The position numbers and the translations under genes were made by a program. DNA of 32,181 nt, taken from a virus (taxonomy: Duplodnaviria; Caudoviricetes). Under the pieces are notes generated by a model. It did not search any database. It was not told the DNA's origin and saw nothing but the letters and a program-made list of their open reading frames with translations. Every line of letters starts with the position of its first letter. Position 1 is the first letter of the stretch. This document shows positions 1 through 7,371 of the stretch, one piece after another. The DNA lies in IMG/VR virus record IMGVR_UViG_3300009111_000015, positions 1 to 32,181 of that record. One strand, 5' to 3'.

Positions 1-19
1 AGTTCGGGCGAAGCGCCCC

Positions 20-116
20 GTGCAACAAAGCAAGTGCAAAATTCGCGCTCGATACTCCGAGTATGGTGTGGGCATTTTATAGTGAGCAAACTTCGCACGT
101 TGCTCAAACGTTGTGT
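20..116 (+). repeat. attC-like imperfect inverted repeat (site 1)
   Basis: GTGCAAC (20-26) ... GTTGTGT (110-116); inner arms AGCAAGTGC (29-37) and GCACGTTGCT (95-104) pair with one extra bulged base. Confidence 0.6.
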
Positions 117-135
117 TGAAATAAAGAAGGTTTTT

Positions 136-357
136 ATGGTTGTAGGCTATTTAAATAATACGATGCTTAGAGACAGCTCGGCCATTGTGCCGTTAAACAC
201 GTCAAGGGCTGTATTGTTATCGTCCTCCCGTTGTGTAGCCGGTAGCCCGGAGCATGTCAAGGGTGGTAGGAAATCGCTTACACTATGGAAGCCTTCTTTA
301 CGTTCACACAACAGCCGCAGCCAGCAATACCAGGCATTATGCGTGTTCCGTGGGTAA
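136..357 (+). CDS. small cassette ORF, hypothetical (73 aa)
   Basis: ATG at 136 after AAGAAGG, just downstream of the GTT of site 1; in frame with track ORF 34..357; reads into site 2. Confidence 0.35.
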   Translation: MVVGYLNNTMLRDSSAIVPLNTSRAVLLSSSRCVAGSPEHVKGGRKSLTLWKPSLRSHNSRSQQYQALCVFRG

Positions 358-435
358 GTGCGCATACAACATGGAGATCGGGTGGCTACCGAGCGCGTGC
401 CTGGTACAGCTGGCAGGTGCGGCGAGCCGTTGGTT
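306..435 (+). repeat. attC-like imperfect inverted repeat (site 2)
   Basis: ACACAAC-AGCCGCAGCCAGCAATACCAGG ... CCTGGTACAGCTGGCAGGTGCGGCGAGCC-GTTGGTT; arms pair with bulges. Confidence 0.6.
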
Positions 436-440
436 GCAAT

Positions 441-623
441 ATGCGAAACTTTTGTATTATAGGCAAAAAGGAAGTAGAAGGTGGGTACTCCACGATTTGC
501 GGAGAGCATCGGGGCAACCGTACAGATGCGGAGTTTCGTGGCTTTTTTGCTGAACATTATGGAAGTTTCGCATACAGCAACCAACAAATGCAGTATGACA
601 TGCGCCCCTGTGGACGTAATTAG
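441..623 (+). CDS. small cassette ORF, hypothetical (60 aa)
   Basis: ATG at 441 immediately after GTTGGTTGCAAT; in frame with track ORF 285..623. Confidence 0.3.
   Translation: MRNFCIIGKKEVEGGYSTICGEHRGNRTDAEFRGFFAEHYGSFAYSNQQMQYDMRPCGRN
579..610 (+). repeat. left half of a third attC-like site (truncated)
   Basis: AACCAAC complementary to the cassette start GTTGGTT; no matching right arm found downstream. Confidence 0.4.
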
Positions 624-757
624 CGTCTGAATGGATTTTATGCGATAATGAAAACGGTAACGAAGATGCTAATTGGTCTAACGATAGATATAAATTTAAA
701 GAAGACTTCAAAAGAATGTTTGAACAGTTGCGTGATGAAAGAGCGGATGGTGAATAA

Positions 758-3556
758 TTACACCATCAACCCCTTGACAACTACATCATACGGAGGATTA
801 GGATTGACATCTATTATTTCAGCGATACACTGTTTTTGCTCGTTATTAGTATGATGAGGAAATTGTACCATATACCTATGACATTCCCCCCAATCACCGA
901 AATCGTTAATGTGTCCGGTAAATTGAATTTCTTTCCTTGACATTGAATTAACCCATTCCGTCAGATGAAACTCGGCAATACTCGCTGATTGATACCCATT
1001 AGCCCATGTCATATCGGTCATATCAGTAGGCGGCTTATTGATAACTTTACATTTAATCCAATTATTATGACAAACTGTCCACAATTCTTGAGCGACACTT
1101 CCGGTCAACCCCTGAACAAAAGATCCGTTATAAGCCGACGCAGACGTATTGAAAATACGAATTATGCTTTTCAGATCATCAGTTGCCGGATCTTTATCAT
1201 ACCTAACAAATGGCTCAACGTAAGTCGAACTAATATCATGTTCAGTAACCTGGATAGATGATCGGTCAATTACATCAGTCATCAACACCAAATCCGACGG
1301 ACTCGGACTTATTGACGATAGTCTACGAATGCATTCTTTTCCAGTGCTGTCAATCCAATTTGCAAAATGGAAGTCTCTGCAAAAAGAACGTTTGATTTCG
1401 TCGGTATACCCGGAATTATAATCGGTAATTTGTCCGGCGCTTTCAAATACCTTTATATCATCCAATTCAGAATCATCAAATGAACCATCCCCAGTTTGTT
1501 TAATCGGAAGATCACTGGTTCCATAAGTCTTTCCCCAGCCGGTTGATGGTTGACTAATACCTGTATCGGTAAAATTCTGAAGTCGGCATATATGTTCAAA
1601 CTGATCAATCGGTGAAGTCATTAAATCAAGTGCAATCTTACGACTGTTAAAAGTATCATTAAAAATTCTTCCATGAAAAGGAGTATAAAGATTTGATTTT
1701 ATATCAGATGATTTTTTGAACATGAAACATACTTCATAAATTGACGTATCAAAATGAAAATTGCTTGACGACCCGGGATAAAACAAAGCTTCTATTAAAA
1801 TCAAACCTTGTATATATGATTGATACTCGTCTTTAGTCGTTATTCCCGTATCAATCAAAGTATAACCAGTTCGATCATGTGCTGATGCCGTATCAAGTAC
1901 AAAAAAGTGTTCATTATTCGTCGCGGGACTATCAGTGAAATAGAAATCAGGCATTGTATCAATAGTATTTAAATCAGCAGAAGTTAAATCAAGACTATCG
2001 ATATTTGATGACAAATCGGAAGTTGTATATCGAAATTTACGGAGCATTATTTTTATGTTCGAAACATTCGGATATGCGCCGGAAGTTCCGTTCATAGTAC
2101 CAGTCATTTTAATACCAAGATACAATGAAGAAAAAGTAAATCCTTTGGGTAATTCCGGCAAGTCAAAAACAAGAGCTTGATAAATAGATGGGTCTTGTGT
2201 AAGAAAAGTGGTTTCGTATTCAGTTCTACAATACGTTGTACTTACTTTATCAACAGCATGTGAAGTATTTGTACAAGAAAAGGTATAATCAAGAAATAAA
2301 TCACAATAAATACCATTTTCCCTTCGTATTATAGATGGATCTATTCCCCAATTGTCAAGAGTATTGTCGGAACATAACTCAAAGTCTACAACTGGAAGAA
2401 TTAACAAACTATTCTGGCTATCTAAATTACCTTGGTCAAATAATTTCGGATCAATCGATATTTTGTTATTGTCATCACTAACGTTCTGAAACTCATAACC
2501 ATACGGGGCTATTTGTAAATAACCATCATCATCGGAGTGGGTATATAACTCCGCCCCGTTAACAAGAGCTGTTTCATTCTTGTCAAAGAATCCTTCACAC
2601 TTAAAAGTATCGCAATCATAGCGACGATAAGTCTTGAAGAATGTTACCCAACTACGATCAACTCCCGATGCTACCAATTCCGTTTCAAAAAAATCTTCTA
2701 CGACAAATGTCAATTCAGTCGATGTCCAAGCAAACCCTTCTATCTTTCGAATTTGATTCGCTCCAGTGCCATCTACTACTTTTACATATGTATTGTCGGG
2801 AGTTAGCGGACCAGCGCCGGAACCGGGACCTCGAAACTCGCAAATATAAATTCGACTATCGGCATCGGTAATGTCCGTCACTGGAAAAGAAATCGTTTCG
2901 GTAAATCCACTGCTGATGAAAAAGTCATCACTGTAATAATTCAGAATTTCCTTATCCAGTGTCCGAACAAATTTTGCAAAAGACGATCTCTGCAAAATTC
3001 CATCACTGGAAAAAGAGGGAATTAGTTTACCGAACGTCGCCGGGACAGTTTTCCCGATTGTATTGGATGATGCTTCAGGAAATTGGTCGGTATTGATTTG
3101 AGTCAGGATATTGGATATTCGCCCAGAGTATGTTCGTTTGATCGGTATCGTAAATTCAGTTAGTGACCATGATGGTGATTGACATTCACCCACCCAAACG
3201 ATGGTTTGCGAGTAATCATCAAAACGAACTATCTCGCATTTTAATCCGGGAAAGTAAATTACTTTGTCTTCACATAATTTCCACAACTTATGCACATTAT
3301 GAACCTTAACTGTACATGACCCCGGACTTGTAATATTTCCTCCGGCACGCAAGTCTATTTCACGTGTAAATCTACCAATACCTCCCTTAACCAGCATTGT
3401 CCAGTTCCAATTATCAACACCATTGACCGGACCTTGTATCCAACGCAATTGGCTATTCGATGACGCAACGGAGTACAATCCGATATTTATGTCAGTAGTT
3501 ACGGGAGATGATGAGTCTTGCAGGGTGATCCGGACACCGAACAATAATGTTGCCAT
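758..3556 (-). CDS. tail tip / baseplate hub-like minor tail protein (932 aa)
   Basis: long acidic beta-rich ORF at distal end of tail module; 'IGKTVPATFG' and 'PIDQFEHIC' motifs resemble phage tail-tip proteins; call mostly positional. Confidence 0.55.
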   Translation of the reverse strand: MATLLFGVRITLQDSSSPVTTDINIGLYSVASSNSQLRWIQGPVNGVDNWNWTMLVKGGIGRFTREIDLRAGGNITSPGSCTVKVHNVHKLWKLCEDKVIYFPGLKCEIVRFDDYSQTIVWVGECQSPSWSLTEFTIPIKRTYSGRISNILTQINTDQFPEASSNTIGKTVPATFGKLIPSFSSDGILQRSSFAKFVRTLDKEILNYYSDDFFISSGFTETISFPVTDITDADSRIYICEFRGPGSGAGPLTPDNTYVKVVDGTGANQIRKIEGFAWTSTELTFVVEDFFETELVASGVDRSWVTFFKTYRRYDCDTFKCEGFFDKNETALVNGAELYTHSDDDGYLQIAPYGYEFQNVSDDNNKISIDPKLFDQGNLDSQNSLLILPVVDFELCSDNTLDNWGIDPSIIRRENGIYCDLFLDYTFSCTNTSHAVDKVSTTYCRTEYETTFLTQDPSIYQALVFDLPELPKGFTFSSLYLGIKMTGTMNGTSGAYPNVSNIKIMLRKFRYTTSDLSSNIDSLDLTSADLNTIDTMPDFYFTDSPATNNEHFFVLDTASAHDRTGYTLIDTGITTKDEYQSYIQGLILIEALFYPGSSSNFHFDTSIYEVCFMFKKSSDIKSNLYTPFHGRIFNDTFNSRKIALDLMTSPIDQFEHICRLQNFTDTGISQPSTGWGKTYGTSDLPIKQTGDGSFDDSELDDIKVFESAGQITDYNSGYTDEIKRSFCRDFHFANWIDSTGKECIRRLSSISPSPSDLVLMTDVIDRSSIQVTEHDISSTYVEPFVRYDKDPATDDLKSIIRIFNTSASAYNGSFVQGLTGSVAQELWTVCHNNWIKCKVINKPPTDMTDMTWANGYQSASIAEFHLTEWVNSMSRKEIQFTGHINDFGDWGECHRYMVQFPHHTNNEQKQCIAEIIDVNPNPPYDVVVKGLMV

Positions 3557-3628
3557 AAAATTGACCTATTTAATCGATTAAGAAGACCTCATTTAAACGG
3601 TAAAGTACATTTGAGATGTACCTATTCA

Positions 3629-4567
3629 TCATACCAAACATCCAAGTGCCAAACCAGCCCCGGATCGCGTTTGAAGAACATATCCTTTTTTACGCTGCAA
3701 ATCCATTACGGCAGTTGATTCTGACTGTGCAAAACCGTTTGTCGCGCTTGCGTCATCGGCAACGGAAATTCGGAAATAGTCCCCCATGGTTGAACCAGAT
3801 GCGTTGAAATAAACTTGACATAATCCATTGATAACGATCCACCCGGAGGCACCTGTTAAAATTGATGCATCCAGAACAACACCAAAACAGTCTACAGCTC
3901 CAATAACCGAGAGAAGAATCGACTTATAATTAGCTCCGTCAACTGACACCAATTCACCTTGATTCAAGGTAGATCCGGAATTGTTTATTACTCGAACCGC
4001 TATTCCTCCCAGCGGTGTAAGCTTGATTGAGCCGTTCGAAATGAAGCCACCGGCGCTTAATCCTTTTGTAAATGAACTCGCTGTTGTTTGGTGTAATACT
4101 AATGATCCGGTCAAATCGATTAATTCTATCGTATCACAATTGACGAGACTTCCTGAAACCGTATATGTTGACAAATACATCAGTACGGTTCCGCCGATCG
4201 TATATACGGCATTTATTGCTTTCTGGATAGTAGCCGTCGCGTCTATTCCAGTGAGCGAACCATACCACCATTCAGGACAGACAATTGCTTTGAAATTGAA
4301 AACTGCCGTAACGGCACTATCAAATATCTGATGTACTGGACGCGCTGACATTTTACCTATATTGACAGATCCATTCGTAAATTTCGAATTGTTGATAAAT
4401 GCGTATATATCGATTGTCGAAGGTAAGGTGACAGTCGCTCCATCCAGATTAATATCACACGCGATTATGATACTGACGGGAGTTGTACTTTGAGCCGTTA
4501 CCCAAGCCTGAAATGACCCGTAATTGGCGATAAGTGTACTATCGATTTGTTTTTTGTCTATTGCCAT
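3629..4567 (-). CDS. tail fibre/spike-like virion protein (312 aa)
   Basis: 'PEWWYG..DATATIQKAINA' motif typical of tailspike beta-helix caps; C-terminal 'NNSGSTLNQGELV..FGVV..GWIVING' domain; overlaps upstream gene. Confidence 0.55.
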   Translation of the reverse strand: MAIDKKQIDSTLIANYGSFQAWVTAQSTTPVSIIIACDINLDGATVTLPSTIDIYAFINNSKFTNGSVNIGKMSARPVHQIFDSAVTAVFNFKAIVCPEWWYGSLTGIDATATIQKAINAVYTIGGTVLMYLSTYTVSGSLVNCDTIELIDLTGSLVLHQTTASSFTKGLSAGGFISNGSIKLTPLGGIAVRVINNSGSTLNQGELVSVDGANYKSILLSVIGAVDCFGVVLDASILTGASGWIVINGLCQVYFNASGSTMGDYFRISVADDASATNGFAQSESTAVMDLQRKKGYVLQTRSGAGLALGCLV

Positions 4568-6978
4568 ACCTGTATCCCGTCGTTATTGTGAGATAAAAAT
4601 TCGGATGATGCTTCATAAAACCACGAACCGGATGGAGATATATGTTTCTCTAAAAGAAACCGTAACTTCATTTCAAACTCATTAAACCTATTGTGTTTTA
4701 TTGATATTGTATCCTGTATCATAAACGCATCGAATGTTTGATTGTCGCCATCATTTATACCGAAAGGATAGTGTTCCGGTTGACAAACAATCGATGTCTG
4801 ATTGGTTCGAATTGTCGTATAGATATGATTAATTAGAGCCGCAGCTTTGCTTATATTACATCTCATCGTAAATTGAGTCAAACGGACATCAGAGAGTGAG
4901 CCGCGGTCAACGAATTTAGCCGTTGACCCTTCCGTCAATTGAGGATAGTAGGCGAATGTATGGTCCGGATCGAACATATCATCAGGAAATCGAAGATCGG
5001 TTATTGAACCTATCTGAAATGTTCCATCAGGTACTTGAGCGGGTAACGAAGCCGAACAGCAAGCATTGAATTGGAGTCGCAGTTGATCTCCAAAATACCT
5101 AAATGGTTCGTTTAGCATTCCTTTATGTTTAATACGTTCAACTACCGTACTAAACGTTCCACAATCCCCTTTGTCAGGTCCCATCGGGTAAAACCCGGAA
5201 TTTCTCGGAACTATCAACGATACTGCTTCATTTCGAGTTGATCGTAGAAAATCATTCAATGAAGCCGATTCTTGTTTTGTTAATTCAAAATCACAGATGC
5301 ATTCTCGTTTATCGTACATATTGAACGCTGCTGCACCGACTCCCATATCATAAAGTGCAAATGTACCACACTCTATCGGGACATACTCAAACGGAAATTT
5401 AATATTTGTGGTATATCCAAAAATCGGCGGATCAATAGAGATACTTGCCGTCGAAGAGATAAAAGTTATTTTCGAAAAGCCACTGACAAATTCAAGAACA
5501 TTGATACAATTTACTTTTGTTTCGATATCCGTACCATCAACTGATGTAACGGTCAAGGTTACTGTTTTATATCCTATTGACGAATACGAATGAATCGGAT
5601 TTTGTTCCGATGAATGAGGAGTACCGTCTCCTAAATCCCAATCCCATGAAATAATAGTCCCGGAGTGTTCAGTTAGATCAGTAAACTGTACTTCTTGATT
5701 TTGGTATGGCGTTGCTTTATCAGCGGTAAAATTAGCGTCAAGTAACCATACATTTATATAATCAGTTTTAGTTTCAGTATCCAATCCAAAATCATTAGTG
5801 ACGGTCAACGAAATAGTTTTAGGTCCGACAATATCCCAACTTTGTGTCGGATTTTGTTCACTGGAAGAGAAACTATCGTCAAGATCCCAATCCCATTCAT
5901 CTATCGCCGGATATCCGGTCGATAAATCAGTAAAATTGACATTATCTCCAACGTTAACAGACAAGGTATCAGCTGAAAAATCCGCTGTTATATATTGAAC
6001 ATTGACACCAGTTCCGATAGTCCAGAATGTCGCCTGTCCCATGAACATATTAGAGCGAGTTTGTGCAAGAGAAACATTAACCTCATCGTTTATTATACCT
6101 ATATCTGATGTAAATCCATTGAAAGCGTATTCATTCCACTCACCCAATACGTAGAAATTATCATTATTCAATGGAGCATTCATTGCCTGTATGCCGCTTG
6201 CAACACCGTCAATATATACCCAAGCCAAGCCACGATATTCTCTCACGTAAATTACATGATGCCATGCATTGAATGTAATCGGAAATGCTACATAAGTAAC
6301 CCACCCATCATTAGTACATAAAAGTGTGTTAGGGGCGAAATTATACACACTAATATGGAAAGGCCACGCGGCGATCAACTTTCCCCAATTGTTTTGACCG
6401 TAATCATTTATGTAAACGAGAAATTCTATTGATTTAGATGAACCGCTTGGCAAAACAATATGAGCGGGATTCATGTAAATATGCTTCCCACCCGCTCCCG
6501 TATTTCCGCCGGAAGCCCCAAACGGACAATAATTACCGATTGATGCAGGATTGACAACCGTTAAATCATACAAATGAGTAGGTTCATCGGTAGTAGGTCC
6601 GTTTGTAAATTCTTTAAACGGCCAAACATAATCATATCCTGAATTTTCCCACGCATCTGCATTGTTAGCTTGACTTACAGACGGACCGACGCAAATATAG
6701 AAAATTTTGTCGGCAGAAGTGCTTGTAGATCCGTCAAAGTAAATTACAAGCTTATTTAAGGATAAATCAAGATAGACTGTTCTTGGTCTTACCGTGTCGC
6801 TATCCGGATCGTAAACAGCGATATTTGACTCTGTAGAAATAAACCCCTTGAAAATGGCATCTGCTGCAAGTTTACTTGACAACTCAATGGCATATGAATA
6901 ATATGATAACGAAGAGCTAACCTTCAGGTGGTTAACCGTTACCGGTACATAGTAAAGAGTTCCGATAGGTAAAGCCAT
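4558..6978 (-). CDS. multidomain tail protein: DUF2341-like + LamG/ConA-like + 2 PKD domains + C-terminal distal-tail-like region (806 aa)
   Basis: 'WHHVIY..VYIDG..FNG..DI' LamG signature; two 'A.F.AD....V.FTDL...WDWD..D...SSEQNP...G.KT..LTVT' PKD repeats; lies downstream of tape measure. Confidence 0.75.
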   Translation of the reverse strand: MALPIGTLYYVPVTVNHLKVSSSLSYYSYAIELSSKLAADAIFKGFISTESNIAVYDPDSDTVRPRTVYLDLSLNKLVIYFDGSTSTSADKIFYICVGPSVSQANNADAWENSGYDYVWPFKEFTNGPTTDEPTHLYDLTVVNPASIGNYCPFGASGGNTGAGGKHIYMNPAHIVLPSGSSKSIEFLVYINDYGQNNWGKLIAAWPFHISVYNFAPNTLLCTNDGWVTYVAFPITFNAWHHVIYVREYRGLAWVYIDGVASGIQAMNAPLNNDNFYVLGEWNEYAFNGFTSDIGIINDEVNVSLAQTRSNMFMGQATFWTIGTGVNVQYITADFSADTLSVNVGDNVNFTDLSTGYPAIDEWDWDLDDSFSSSEQNPTQSWDIVGPKTISLTVTNDFGLDTETKTDYINVWLLDANFTADKATPYQNQEVQFTDLTEHSGTIISWDWDLGDGTPHSSEQNPIHSYSSIGYKTVTLTVTSVDGTDIETKVNCINVLEFVSGFSKITFISSTASISIDPPIFGYTTNIKFPFEYVPIECGTFALYDMGVGAAAFNMYDKRECICDFELTKQESASLNDFLRSTRNEAVSLIVPRNSGFYPMGPDKGDCGTFSTVVERIKHKGMLNEPFRYFGDQLRLQFNACCSASLPAQVPDGTFQIGSITDLRFPDDMFDPDHTFAYYPQLTEGSTAKFVDRGSLSDVRLTQFTMRCNISKAAALINHIYTTIRTNQTSIVCQPEHYPFGINDGDNQTFDAFMIQDTISIKHNRFNEFEMKLRFLLEKHISPSGSWFYEASSEFLSHNNDGIQVWQ
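5497..5993 (-). repeat. two tandem PKD-domain repeats (~83 aa each)
   Basis: visible internal duplication ITADFSAD..DYINV / LDANFTAD..NCINV. Confidence 0.85.
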
Positions 6979-6991
6979 TTATGAACTCATT

Positions 6992-7351
6992 CTACATATT
7001 CGCCGCGAAAGCACACACGCAATAAAGACACGTATTCCTGATCGGAGCATCACTAATCGATGCGCCATCAGTATCCCATTGATTATATGATACGATTGAA
7101 GGTTTCATTCTACCAGCCATTCCATTATTGTCGAGTACTCTTCTACACCATTCTCTTGTTTGCGCATCCGATGGATGATGTAACGCATAATCAGGTAGTG
7201 ATGGAGCAACCATTGAACCTTCTATCAATTCACCGGCGATCTTTTGTAAAGCCGCTTCCAATCTCTCCATTGGAGTAGCGGGAGTAGTACTCCACTGATC
7301 TTCAGACAATCCCTTCAAACAATTTACACGTTCGCGTAGTGTTAATGCCAT
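6992..7351 (-). CDS. hypothetical phage tail-region protein (119 aa)
   Basis: RBS AAAGGTGG; fills gap between tape measure and next tail gene. Confidence 0.7.
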   Translation of the reverse strand: MALTLRERVNCLKGLSEDQWSTTPATPMERLEAALQKIAGELIEGSMVAPSLPDYALHHPSDAQTREWCRRVLDNNGMAGRMKPSIVSYNQWDTDGASISDAPIRNTCLYCVCAFAANM

Positions 7352-7371
7352 GATAACCCACCTTTCTGATG

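Noticed and set aside
1-623. CRISPR array or tRNA interpretation of the left-end hairpins
   Set aside because: No identical direct repeats with regular spacers and no cloverleaf or T-loop signature.
3608-3624. Short palindrome GTACAT-TTGAG-ATGTAC between tail genes
   Set aside because: Weak 6-bp stem with no U-tract; insufficient to call a terminator or operator.
758-6978. Diversity-generating retroelement targeting tail genes
   Set aside because: No reverse transcriptase and no TR/VR pair with adenine-specific differences seen; the PKD repeats are an ordinary domain duplication.
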